IMG/VR virus record: IMGVR_UViG_3300021400_000123
Coordinates: 1-48,469 of that record
DNA length: 48,469 nucleotides
Strand: one strand, 5' to 3'
Source: a virus
A model generated the notes under the pieces. That model saw nothing but the letters and a program-made list of their open reading frames with translations. It was not told where the DNA came from and did no database searches. Numbering within the stretch: the first letter of the stretch is position 1; the number at the start of each line of letters is the position of its first letter. Shown piece after piece: positions 1-9,049 of this stretch. The position numbers and the translations under genes are program-made.

Positions 1-107
1 CCCGACAATGAAGCCAGTATCACTGATCGGACGCTTGATGAAGAATTCAAGCAGACAGGACTGGGCAGTATATGACCCATTCGGAGGATCAGGAACAACG
101 CTGATAG
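1..107. repeat. Left copy of a 107-bp terminal direct repeat, identical to 48363-48469. This is the signature of a circularly closed contig.
   Basis: Read directly. The string cccgacaatgaagccagtatcactgatcgg...aggaacaacgctgatag occurs at both window ends, in the same frame of a single gene. Confidence 0.95.
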
Positions 108-223
108 CCGCAGAGCAACTCGACCGCAGGGCATACCTGATGGAACTCGATGAAGTATTCTGCGATGTCATCGTGAAAAGGTGGGAGAACTTCACAGGCC
201 AGACCGCAATCATGGAGGAATGA
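2..223 (+). CDS. 3' end of the ParB-domain DNA methyltransferase gene, continuing 47233..48469 across the circular junction.
   Basis: The frame is continuous with 47233..48469 through the repeat. It contains the SAM-binding motif FGGSGTT and stops at 221-223. Confidence 0.85.
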   Translation, partial: PTMKPVSLIGRLMKNSSRQDWAVYDPFGGSGTTLIAAEQLDRRAYLMELDEVFCDVIVKRWENFTGQTAIMEE

Positions 224-225
224 GC

Positions 226-870
226 ATGGACAAAGAGATAGCAAACCTCTCTCTCGATATGTCCGAATTTGATCGGGGGGGGGGTACGGCGATGAGTGAA
301 CAAAAAGAAGCAAAAAACCTCGTCCGGGTCGAAATAATCGCTCAAATCTTCGGAGTGACCGTCCGCAGGGTGCAGCAGATCACCCAGGAGGGCATCATCG
401 AAACGACTGCATCCGTGGAGGATGGAAGAGCAGTCAGAAGATACGACCTGATACCGACTGTGCAGAAGTACATCTCCTACCTTTCAGACAAGGCATACGG
501 AAAAGCGCACAGAACGGATAAGGAAATAGAGCTGCGTGAGCAGAAGATGGAGGCAGACATCGCCCTGAGGGAATCCCAGGGAGAACTTCACAGGCTGAAG
601 ACAGCAATAGCGGCAGGAGACTATATCTCCATCGAGGAAGTCCGCCTCGATTATGCGAAGTTTTTCGTAGTTTTCAAAAAATTCGCAATGTCAATGCCTG
701 CAAGGATAAGCGGTATGCTTTCGGGGTCAATCGAACCGCTCGAAGCAAGGCGAGTAGAGAAGGAAGTATCAAGCGAAATCGCAGAGCTTCTTAACTCATT
801 CGTGGTGGCAGGCATAGCGAAGCCGAAGGATGTCAAGGAGATACTGAGTGGCGAAACGCAGGAGCCGTAA
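226..870 (+). CDS. terS: Terminase small subunit, lambda Nu1-like, with an N-terminal HTH.
   Basis: GGAGGA lies 7 nt upstream of the ATG at 226. HTH-like segment: VEIIAQIFGVTVRRVQQITQEGII, followed by a coiled-coil region. The gene sits directly upstream of, and overlaps, the GpA-type large subunit. Confidence 0.7.
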   Translation: MDKEIANLSLDMSEFDRGGGTAMSEQKEAKNLVRVEIIAQIFGVTVRRVQQITQEGIIETTASVEDGRAVRRYDLIPTVQKYISYLSDKAYGKAHRTDKEIELREQKMEADIALRESQGELHRLKTAIAAGDYISIEEVRLDYAKFFVVFKKFAMSMPARISGMLSGSIEPLEARRVEKEVSSEIAELLNSFVVAGIAKPKDVKEILSGETQEP

Positions 871-2698
871 GTGGCGAAAGAAATATGAGGTAGCCTCATA
901 TATCCACGAGGCACTCCGGCAGCTGAAGCCACCAGAGGACATCAGCGTCAGCGAATGGGCGCAGAAGTACCGAATGCTCGATGCAAAGACAGCTGCTATG
1001 CCGGGACCGTGGAGAAACGACAAGACCCCGTACCTCACGGAGATAATGAACGAGCTGAACAACTACGAGACCGAGGAGATCGTCTTCTGCAAATGTACGC
1101 AGGTCGGAGGAACAGAGGCGGAGCTGAATATGCTCGGATACATCATCGGACAGGATCCTGCACCGAGCATGGTGGTCTATCCTTCAGACAAACTGGGAGA
1201 GTCCATATCAGACAACCGCATCAAGCCAATGCTCCTGGCATCGCCTACGCTTCGGGAGCGTTTCTATGAACTGCGGAGCCAGAAACTGGAGATGCAGTTC
1301 GAGGGAATGTACCTCACCATTTCAGGAGCGAACTCGCCTTCGAGCCTTGCATCGAGGGCAATCAAGTACCTCTTCCTCGATGAGGTGGATAAATATCCGG
1401 GAGCATCGAAGAAGGAGGCGGACCCGATCTCACTGGCGAAGGAAAGAACAAAGACCTTTGCAAACAGAAAAATCTATATGACATCCACACCGACCATCAA
1501 GAGCGGTCACATCTGGAAGAACCTGCTCGACTGCGATGTGGAGAAGCACTACTTCGCACCATGTCCGCACTGCGGAGAGATGATAGAACTCAAATTCGCA
1601 AATCTGCAGTTCCCGAAGAAGGAGGAAGACCTCACAGCTTCGGATCGGGCAGACCAAGCGGTCTATGTGTGCCAGGAATGCGGATGCGTGATCAACGATC
1701 AGCACAAGGCGCAGATGCTGCGGTACGGAGAATGGCGGATAGTCAAAGAAAACAACTCCGCCAGAAGAAAAATAGGCTATTGGATATCGGTCTTATATTC
1801 TCCTTTCGTTCGCTTCTCGGAAATCGCTCTGGAATGGATAAACTCCCAGGGCGATAACGAGAGGCTACAGAACTTCATCAACTCATGGCTTGCAGAGCCG
1901 TGGGAAGACACGAGGCTGACCACCTCGGCAGATGTGGTTCTGGAGAGGCAGACAGAATTCGATGAGTTCACGGTACCGACCTGGGCGAAATTCCTCACAG
2001 GAGGAGTCGATGTTCAGGAGACCTGCATCTATTACACGATCAGGGCATGGGGGAACTTCATCACAAGCCAGAACATCTGCCACGGACAGGCGATGTCCTG
2101 GGCAGACATCGAGAGGGTAATGAACTACGGATACATGAAGGAGAACGGAGAACAACTGGTCGTAAGCCTCTGCCTCATCGACTCCGGCTTTGACACCGAT
2201 GCGGTCTATGACTTCTGTGCGAACAATTCAGACTGGGCACTCCCGGTCAAAGGTTCGAGCAGAGTAATGACCGAGCACTTTCACCTCTCAAAGATTAACA
2301 AGACCGACAGCAAAGCATACGGCATGAACCTCTGCGTGGTCGATGGCGGCAAGTACAAAGACATGATCGCTGCCAGAATGAAGAAGGACAACGGCAGAGG
2401 AGCGTGGATGGTTTACAACGGATGCGACATGGAATATGCGAAGCAGGTGACTGCGGAGCATAAAGTCCAGATCAAAAGAGGCGAACAGCTTGTGCAGGTG
2501 TGGGAACTGAAGGCAAGCCACACCGACAACCACTACCTCGACACCGAAGTGTACGCATTCGCAGGAGCCGACATCCTCGGAGTTCGCTCGATGCATCTGA
2601 TGGAAGAGCAGAAGGTCGAAGAAAAAAAAGAGCGACCGAAAGAGCAACAGGAATCCCCGGAAGAGTCGTGGATAAAAGCAAATGAAGACTGGATATAA
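848..2698 (+). CDS. terL: Terminase large subunit, lambda GpA family.
   Basis: 616-aa ORF with a GTG start overlapping the terS end. Walker-A-like CTQVGGTEAE, Walker-B-like YLFLDEVD and a CPHCG...CQECG zinc motif, as is typical of GpA-type terminases. Confidence 0.88.
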   Translation: MAKRRSRKWRKKYEVASYIHEALRQLKPPEDISVSEWAQKYRMLDAKTAAMPGPWRNDKTPYLTEIMNELNNYETEEIVFCKCTQVGGTEAELNMLGYIIGQDPAPSMVVYPSDKLGESISDNRIKPMLLASPTLRERFYELRSQKLEMQFEGMYLTISGANSPSSLASRAIKYLFLDEVDKYPGASKKEADPISLAKERTKTFANRKIYMTSTPTIKSGHIWKNLLDCDVEKHYFAPCPHCGEMIELKFANLQFPKKEEDLTASDRADQAVYVCQECGCVINDQHKAQMLRYGEWRIVKENNSARRKIGYWISVLYSPFVRFSEIALEWINSQGDNERLQNFINSWLAEPWEDTRLTTSADVVLERQTEFDEFTVPTWAKFLTGGVDVQETCIYYTIRAWGNFITSQNICHGQAMSWADIERVMNYGYMKENGEQLVVSLCLIDSGFDTDAVYDFCANNSDWALPVKGSSRVMTEHFHLSKINKTDSKAYGMNLCVVDGGKYKDMIAARMKKDNGRGAWMVYNGCDMEYAKQVTAEHKVQIKRGEQLVQVWELKASHTDNHYLDTEVYAFAGADILGVRSMHLMEEQKVEEKKERPKEQQESPEESWIKANEDWI

Positions 2699-2710
2699 GG
2701 AGGAATGAGC

Positions 2711-2935
2711 ATGGCAGATCTTAAGACCGTAAAGGAAGAACTCGCAGAAGTCGAGCAGGCTCTGTCGAGCATCGCCCTGGGCGGCCAATCCTACACGATA
2801 GGATCCCGAAAGCTGACCAGAGCAGACTACTCCGCACTACTGGCACGAAAGAAGGAACTGCAGGCGGCTCTCGCTTCAGAGGGAGACACCTCGCTGTTTG
2901 ATAACACCTTCGTGGCTTATTTCGATGGGAGGTAG
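2711..2935 (+). CDS. Head-tail joining protein, lambda gpW-like.
   Basis: Small (74 aa) ORF between the GpA terminase and a lambda-type portal. AAGGAGG lies 7 nt upstream of the ATG at 2711; the ORF-track start at 2705 is too close to the SD. Sequence ADLKTVKEEL...GGQSYTIGSRKLTRADY... Confidence 0.65.
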   Translation: MADLKTVKEELAEVEQALSSIALGGQSYTIGSRKLTRADYSALLARKKELQAALASEGDTSLFDNTFVAYFDGR

Positions 2936-2940
2936 GAAAG

Positions 2941-4512
2941 ATGGCATGGATAGATAATGTGATCGCCTTCTTCAACCCTGAGGCAGCAGCCAGAAGAGCG
3001 GCATGGAGAAATGCATACGATGAACTGCGAAATTACGATGCCGGAGACTTTGGAAGACTGAACTCCGGGTGGAGGGTTTCAAACGAATCGGCAGAAGTCA
3101 CGGACAGGAACAGCCGTGAATGGGTAAGAGCCAGAGCAAGAGACCTGGAACGCAACTCCGATGTGATGAACTCCGTACTCGGAGCATACAAGAGAAACAT
3201 CATCGGTTCAGGCTTTCAGATCCAGGCAAAGGGCAAGAACACAAAGCTGAATAAGGAACTGGAGCAACTCTGGAAGAAGTGGTGCAAGGCAAGGAACTGC
3301 GATGTGACCGGGCAGCAGAATCTGAACGAGATGCTCCGAATGGCGGTAGTCAGGAAGAAGGTAGACGGAGGAATCCTCTTCGTGAAGCGATACACGAAGG
3401 ACGGAATGGTACCCTTCTCCCTTCAGATGGTCGAGGTAGACGAACTGGATACCGGGTTCGAGTCTCCCCACGACAAGAACCACAAGGTAGTAGGAGGAAT
3501 CGAATACAACGAATACAATCGCCCGGTCGGATATTGGATCCGGCGGTACGAGGTAGACGGATACTCAATCGCATCCCCGGTCTATGTGAAGGCCGATGAT
3601 GTGATTTTTTATTTCACGAAGAAGAGACCATCGCAGATCAGGGAGATGTCAGACATGAGTCCGACAGTCACAAGGATCCGAGATGTGAACGAATTCATCA
3701 CGGCGGTATCGGTGAAGCAGAGGATAGAAGCCTGTCTCTCCGTCTTCATCAAGAAGCAGCTGCCTGTTTCAGGAATCGGACGAAGCGGAATATCAGATAC
3801 GCAGGGGAAAACCTCATACGATGGCAAGACCCTCACACCCGGCATGATCAAGGAGCTGAATGCAGGAGATGAGGTTCAGGTAGTCAATCCGACAGGACAG
3901 TCTGCAGATGCAACATCGTTCGTGAAGCTGCAGCAGAGACTGGTCGGAGCAGGACAGGGTCTCTCCTACGAAGCCACAAGCCGTGACATGAGCGAAACGA
4001 ACTACGCATCAGCAAGGCAGGGAGCCATCGAGGATGAAATGACCTTCCAGGAGGAAAAGGAGAAGATCCTCTCCATCTTGGATGAGATATATGAGACCTT
4101 CGTGATATCCTGCGTGATTTCAGGAATCGTGCAGGTAAGAGACTTCTGGGAGAAGAAGGACGAATACCTCGCCCACGAGTGGATACAGCCTCCGAAGAAG
4201 TGGATAGATCCGCAGAAGGAATCAGGAGCGATGAAGACCGCTCTCAATATCGGAGTCAAGACCTACAAGCAGATAGCAGCCGAACAGGGTACGGACTGGC
4301 GCACCCAGATAGATGACATCGCAGAAGTGAATGAGTACGCAAAGAGCAAAGGACTGGAAGACTTCTCATCAATACTCTTTGACGGAAAGATGTCTGACAA
4401 AGAAGAACAGGAGGAACAGGGCGATGAACAGACGCTTACAGAAGAAGAGGGCGGCGAATCTCCAGAGGACAATGGAGACGAAAGACCCGAAGACGATGAA
4501 GGAAAAGAATAA
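2941..4512 (+). CDS. Portal protein, lambda gpB family.
   Basis: 523-aa ORF in the position after terminase and gpW, with an acidic C-terminal tail. GGGAGG RBS. Confidence 0.88.
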   Translation: MAWIDNVIAFFNPEAAARRAAWRNAYDELRNYDAGDFGRLNSGWRVSNESAEVTDRNSREWVRARARDLERNSDVMNSVLGAYKRNIIGSGFQIQAKGKNTKLNKELEQLWKKWCKARNCDVTGQQNLNEMLRMAVVRKKVDGGILFVKRYTKDGMVPFSLQMVEVDELDTGFESPHDKNHKVVGGIEYNEYNRPVGYWIRRYEVDGYSIASPVYVKADDVIFYFTKKRPSQIREMSDMSPTVTRIRDVNEFITAVSVKQRIEACLSVFIKKQLPVSGIGRSGISDTQGKTSYDGKTLTPGMIKELNAGDEVQVVNPTGQSADATSFVKLQQRLVGAGQGLSYEATSRDMSETNYASARQGAIEDEMTFQEEKEKILSILDEIYETFVISCVISGIVQVRDFWEKKDEYLAHEWIQPPKKWIDPQKESGAMKTALNIGVKTYKQIAAEQGTDWRTQIDDIAEVNEYAKSKGLEDFSSILFDGKMSDKEEQEEQGDEQTLTEEEGGESPEDNGDERPEDDEGKE

Positions 4513-5092
4513 AGGCACTCGTGAGCTTCTCGACTGCAAGATCAGAGCAGTCGAGGACAAAGAGCGAACCTTCAGGCTTTCCTTCAGTTCCGAAGAGCCA
4601 TACGAAAGATGGTTCGGTCCCGAAATACTCGACCATTCAGAGGGAGCGGTAGACCTCACCCGGCTGAATGAGATAGGAGTCCTGCTCTATAACCACAATC
4701 GGGATGCCGTGATCGGCAAGATTGAAAGAGCATGGATAGAAAATGGCAGAGGCGAAGCCGAGGTCACCTTCGACACAGACGAAGACTCAGAGAAGATCTT
4801 CAAGAAGGTAGAGGGCGGAACCCTGAAGGGGGTATCAGTAGGATACCTCGTGGACTCATGGGAGGAAGTAATGCCGAATAAACAGTCGGCAGATGGCAAG
4901 TACACCGGACCCTGCTCAATCGCAAGGAAGTGGGCACCCTACGAGATAAGCATCGTCTCGGTTCCGGCTGACCCGACAGTGGGTGTAGGACGCTCCGCAG
5001 AGGGCGGCGTGGATACTGCTATCTACGAGACTAAAAAGCGGCAACTTCAATACAACAAAAACATTTCACAAGGAGGAACACACAATGAGTAG
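4496..5092 (+). CDS. Prohead serine protease, HK97/S78-like.
   Basis: Sits between portal and capsid. Sequence ...FRLSFSSEEPYERWFG...LYNHN...GVSVGY...ISIVSVPADP resembles caudoviral prohead proteases. The start is ambiguous (4472 or 4496). Confidence 0.75.
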   Translation: MKEKNKGTRELLDCKIRAVEDKERTFRLSFSSEEPYERWFGPEILDHSEGAVDLTRLNEIGVLLYNHNRDAVIGKIERAWIENGRGEAEVTFDTDEDSEKIFKKVEGGTLKGVSVGYLVDSWEEVMPNKQSADGKYTGPCSIARKWAPYEISIVSVPADPTVGVGRSAEGGVDTAIYETKKRQLQYNKNISQGGTHNE

Positions 5093-6629
5093 AGAACAGA
5101 TGATTGCTCGTCAGCAGGAACTCCTCGCACTTGCGAAGTCCCAGAACCGAGCAATGACAGAGGACGAACTCAAAGAGTTCGACAGTCTGCAGCGTTCTAT
5201 TGACGCATACGATGCGACAGTAGGAGCAACTGGCCACGCTAATCAGAGAAGCGTCAAGGATGATGACGATGACGAGGGTGGCAACGATGACGATGATGAG
5301 GACGGCCAGAAGTCCGCAAAGGACATTCAGGCAAGAGCCATCAAGGAAGAGCGTGAGCGCATCCGCTCCATCGAGGAGATGTGCCGCCACTTCAACATGG
5401 ACGCATCCGAGTACATCAGCAAGGGTACATCCGTAGAGGGTACCAGAGCAGCTATCATGGAGAAGCTGATGACAGACGGCGCACCTATCGGCTCCGGCAT
5501 CACCGGGGTAGTCGATGAGGGTGACAAGTTCCGCAGAGCAGTATCCGATGGACTTATGATGCGCTCTGGTCTTCAGGTTCAGAACCCTGCAGAGGGAGCT
5601 GAGTCATTCAGAGGCATGAGCCTTCGTGACATCGCTATCGAGTGCTTGACAAGAGAAGGAGAGAGCCAGAGCGCACTCCTGCGCATGGACAGAAGCGAAC
5701 TGTACGACAAGTTATGCCGCCAGTTCTACAACCCTTCCGCAGCATTCCCGGCAATCATGGATCAGACCATCAAGAAGAGCATCGTGGATCTTTATAACCA
5801 TGTGCCTACCACTTTCCAGGAGTTCACCACAAAGGGAACACTCCCTGACTTCAAGGAGACCGCAGACCACGAGTATGTGATCGGTGGAGTGGGTGACTTC
5901 CTCGAAGTGCCTGAGAACGGCGAAATCCATCCTGATAAGCCTACAACCGAGCTTCTGCCTTCTCGTAAGCTGAAGACCTACGGTAAGCAGTTCAGCATGA
6001 CCCGTCAGGCATTCATCAACGATGATATCGGGTTCCTCACCAGAGTGCCTGGTCTTTATGCGACAGCCGCAAAGAAGACCATCGACAAGCAGGTGTACGG
6101 TATCCTCTTCAACAACCCTGCCATCTTCGATGGAACTGCACTGTTCCATGCAACCCACAAGAACCTCGTGGCTAATGGCAGCAAGCCTTCACAGGCATCC
6201 ATCCAGGAGATCATCCTCCAGATGCAGAAGCAGACCGACCAGTTCGGCGATGCAATCTACATCAACCCTGCAAAGATTATCGTGCCTGTCGGCTACGAGT
6301 TCGACCTCGCCGTAATCTTCCACAGCGCACAGGTAACTGGCAGCGCAAACAACGACATCAACCCTCTGTACAACTATCCGCTTCAGATCGTGCAGTCTCC
6401 GATCCTGAACGCACTCGCAGGCTCTGGTGCTTGCCCTTGGTTCATGGTAGCGGATCAGAGCAGCGCAAGAGGAATCCAGGTAGACTACCTCAACGGACAG
6501 GAGACACCTACCGTCCGCAGAATGGAGGCACCGGGAGTCCTCGGCTTCACTTGGGATATTTATCTCGACTGGGGCATCAGCGTAAGAGACTTCAGAGGCA
6601 TCGCAAAGAACCCTGGCGTGGCTCTTTAA
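5085..6629 (+). CDS. Major capsid protein (HK97 fold) with an N-terminal scaffold-like delta domain.
   Basis: 514 aa with an AAGGAGG RBS. The N-terminal roughly 120 aa are coiled-coil plus an acidic run (DDDDDEGGNDDDDEDG). The position follows the protease. Confidence 0.85.
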   Translation: MSREQMIARQQELLALAKSQNRAMTEDELKEFDSLQRSIDAYDATVGATGHANQRSVKDDDDDEGGNDDDDEDGQKSAKDIQARAIKEERERIRSIEEMCRHFNMDASEYISKGTSVEGTRAAIMEKLMTDGAPIGSGITGVVDEGDKFRRAVSDGLMMRSGLQVQNPAEGAESFRGMSLRDIAIECLTREGESQSALLRMDRSELYDKLCRQFYNPSAAFPAIMDQTIKKSIVDLYNHVPTTFQEFTTKGTLPDFKETADHEYVIGGVGDFLEVPENGEIHPDKPTTELLPSRKLKTYGKQFSMTRQAFINDDIGFLTRVPGLYATAAKKTIDKQVYGILFNNPAIFDGTALFHATHKNLVANGSKPSQASIQEIILQMQKQTDQFGDAIYINPAKIIVPVGYEFDLAVIFHSAQVTGSANNDINPLYNYPLQIVQSPILNALAGSGACPWFMVADQSSARGIQVDYLNGQETPTVRRMEAPGVLGFTWDIYLDWGISVRDFRGIAKNPGVAL

Positions 6630-6650
6630 TGAGAGAGGAGGAAAAATACC

Positions 6651-6983
6651 ATGGCAAAAGCAAAGTTCTGGCAGAATGGCGGACACCTCGACTATGTCAA
6701 TAGCACCGGGTCCGACATCGAAGCCAACACAGTAATTTTATACGGCAGCCGCATCGCAGTAGCAGGCGGAGACATCCCGAACGGAGCGAAGGGCGCACTC
6801 ATCGTAGAGGGCGTGTTCGAGTTCCCGAAGGATAACGCAGCCATCACAGCCGGAGCGGCAGTGTACTGGGATGCAACTGACAGCGTGATCACGGCTACAT
6901 CCACAGGCAACACCCTCGCAGGTTATGCCGTAGCGGCAGCAGCGGCTGACGATGCGAAGGTTCTCGTCAAGATCAACGCATGA
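6651..6983 (+). CDS. Head decoration/cement protein, DUF2190-like.
   Basis: 110-aa Gly/Ala-rich beta-type protein immediately after the capsid gene: ...GGDIPNGAKGALIVEGVFEFPK...AVYWD. Confidence 0.65.
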   Translation: MAKAKFWQNGGHLDYVNSTGSDIEANTVILYGSRIAVAGGDIPNGAKGALIVEGVFEFPKDNAAITAGAAVYWDATDSVITATSTGNTLAGYAVAAAAADDAKVLVKINA

Positions 6984-7234
6984 AGCTGACAGCGAAGCGT
7001 CCTATCTTGTACCGCTCCAAGCAGTACAAGGTAGGCGAACAGCTGCCTGCTGACAATCAGGCGATGGTTGAAGCGTGGCTCGAAGCCGAAAGTGCGGAAT
7101 GGATAGACGAGACCAAGAACGCACCTGCGGTCGAGCCTGAAGCTAAAGCACCAAAGGATAAAGAGCCGGAGGTGGAAGAGCCGAAAGCAAAAGCCACAGC
7201 CAAGAAAGCGGCAACCAAGAAGGGAGCGAAGTAG
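6980..7234 (+). CDS. Hypothetical head protein with a Lys/Ala/Glu/Pro-rich tail.
   Basis: ATGA start/stop coupling with the upstream gene. 84 aa. Confidence 0.55.
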   Translation: MKLTAKRPILYRSKQYKVGEQLPADNQAMVEAWLEAESAEWIDETKNAPAVEPEAKAPKDKEPEVEEPKAKATAKKAATKKGAK

Positions 7235-7561
7235 ATGAGCGCATTCAAGGACATTATAGCCAGAGATGTGCATCAGACCTTCTTAAACCCTGATGAATTT
7301 TCAGACATCCATAAGGTCAACGGTAAGGATATGCCAGTTCAGATAGACACGAACGAGCAGATCGAGCGTGAGAAGAGGATGAACCAGAATGTGGACGGTG
7401 TCTACACGAACCAGAAGCTGATCTATGTGGCAGCTTCGGACTTCGGAGCGATGCCGAAGCAGGGAGCAATCCTCAATCTGGACGGAAAGATATACCGGGT
7501 AGCCGATGCGGTGGATGAATACGGAATCTATTCTATAACGATCGAGGCGAACAGAGCATGA
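7235..7561 (+). CDS. Putative head-tail connector/adaptor protein.
   Basis: Position in the neck module and translational coupling (TAGATG). 108 aa. Confidence 0.5.
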   Translation: MSAFKDIIARDVHQTFLNPDEFSDIHKVNGKDMPVQIDTNEQIEREKRMNQNVDGVYTNQKLIYVAASDFGAMPKQGAILNLDGKIYRVADAVDEYGIYSITIEANRA

Positions 7562-8124
7562 GTCAGATATACATCGAGGTAGATCAAAAAGACCTCCATA
7601 GAGTCATGTCGAAGCTGAAGGACATGGAAAAAGCACCGAGGCATCTGCGAAATGCTATCAACCGAACCGCAACCGTGGCGATGAAGATGATAAAGCAGGG
7701 CAGAAGCCAAGGCTATACCGTGAAAGTCGGACGCTTTAACAGCGATATAAAGAAGTTCAGTGCAACTCCGACCAATCTGCAGGCAACGATACGCTCCAAG
7801 GGAAAACCTCCCACACTTCAGAGTTTCAAGACCTCATACCCGAAAGCCGGAGGCAAGGCGGACATCACAAAGAGTGGACTGAAGAAACTGGTCACAGACT
7901 CAGGCGGTGCAGCCTTCATCCCTTCAGGTGGACAGGCGGCAGGACTGATGGCTCAAAGGAAGGGTAAGGAACGGCACCCGATCAGGGTGTTATACGGCAA
8001 CTCCGTACCGAAGATGGTAGAGCAGATCTACCAAGGCAAGCGTGGAGGACAGGGCGATATGGAAGACAAGGTCAAGAAGAGACTGCACGATGAAATTCAG
8101 GCGGAGATTGCCAAGATTATGTAG
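7558..8124 (+). CDS. Putative neck/tail-completion protein.
   Basis: ATGA coupling and position in the neck module. 188 aa. Confidence 0.45.
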   Translation: MSQIYIEVDQKDLHRVMSKLKDMEKAPRHLRNAINRTATVAMKMIKQGRSQGYTVKVGRFNSDIKKFSATPTNLQATIRSKGKPPTLQSFKTSYPKAGGKADITKSGLKKLVTDSGGAAFIPSGGQAAGLMAQRKGKERHPIRVLYGNSVPKMVEQIYQGKRGGQGDMEDKVKKRLHDEIQAEIAKIM

Positions 8125-8138
8125 AGAGGTGCGATTTT

Positions 8139-8678
8139 ATGACTTTCAAGAATCTGCAAGACGATTTGATAACAGAGGTGGAGACGCTCCTAAAGGATGT
8201 GGTCACCCAGAATACGGACGGCGAACAAGTGGTGGGAGTAAAAGGGTATGCCCACAGATTACCAATCACCCAGTCGGACGAAGACGATCCGGCTCAATAC
8301 TTCCCGTACTTCATCGTTCGGTTCGATACTGGCAAGACAGAAGACGATGATGACTGCTGGCACATCGCCGTGGACATCATACTCGGAGTGTATGACGCAG
8401 GAACGGACATCTCGGAAACCGAGACGAACGGTGACGGCGAAGAGGAAACGAGGAAAAAACTGCTCGTAGGTGGACATGAAAACATCCTCATCATGATACA
8501 GAGGATCGTGGACAGGTTCGCATGGGACCCTCTGTTTGATAAGAAGTACAGAGCAGACCAAAACATCCAATGGGCGGTCGGAGAAGACGATACCTATCCG
8601 TTTTATTTCGGAGCGGTAGCAATTACCTTCTCTGTTCCAAAGATTGGAAGAAAGGAGCCGGAGTACAGATATGTCTAA
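8139..8678 (+). CDS. Putative tail terminator/neck protein.
   Basis: 179-aa ORF with an RBS, upstream of the sheath gene. Confidence 0.45.
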   Translation: MTFKNLQDDLITEVETLLKDVVTQNTDGEQVVGVKGYAHRLPITQSDEDDPAQYFPYFIVRFDTGKTEDDDDCWHIAVDIILGVYDAGTDISETETNGDGEEETRKKLLVGGHENILIMIQRIVDRFAWDPLFDKKYRADQNIQWAVGEDDTYPFYFGAVAITFSVPKIGRKEPEYRYV

Positions 8679-9036
8679 ATCAACAAAGAAAGCGCAGACA
8701 GCTAAAGAGGCCGAGGCGGAAGTAAAGGACGAAGTGGTAGAAGAGACTAAGGTCGAAGAAGCCGCAGAGCCTGAGAAGACCGAGGAAGTCGCAGAGGCAA
8801 CAGCGCAGGAGCCGAAGATGTATGTCGGACCCACGATACCGGGGGCAGGCATCCAGAACAGGGTATACACGGAGATACCCGAAGGGGCAGCGGCTCTGAT
8901 CAAGGAACACCCCGAATTCGGTAATCTGTTCATAGCCATCGAGGAATACCCGAAGGCGAACAGAATGCTCCGTGAAGGAACTGGTTACATTTTCAGTGCA
9001 TTCAACAAGGCACTGGGATATAAAAACAACAAGTAG
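8671..9036 (+). CDS. Hypothetical virion protein with an acidic Glu/Ala-rich N-terminal half.
   Basis: The ATG at 8671 overlaps the upstream stop. 121 aa. Confidence 0.5.
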   Translation: MSKSTKKAQTAKEAEAEVKDEVVEETKVEEAAEPEKTEEVAEATAQEPKMYVGPTIPGAGIQNRVYTEIPEGAAALIKEHPEFGNLFIAIEEYPKANRMLREGTGYIFSAFNKALGYKNNK

Positions 9037-9049
9037 GAGGTAAAGCATC

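Noticed and set aside
1-107. The terminal repeat interpreted as physical direct terminal repeats of the virion DNA.
   Set aside because: The repeat sits in-frame inside a gene and the terminase is of the cos (Nu1/GpA) type. An assembly overlap of a circular or circularly joined molecule is more parsimonious.
214-229. A 16-nt identical string, GGAGGAATGAGCATGG, at the terS start (214-229) and at the gpW start (2699-2714).
   Set aside because: It is a Shine-Dalgarno sequence plus ATGAGCATGG. A single repeated 16-mer containing the constrained RBS is within chance expectation for a 48-kb genome, and there is no further flanking similarity.
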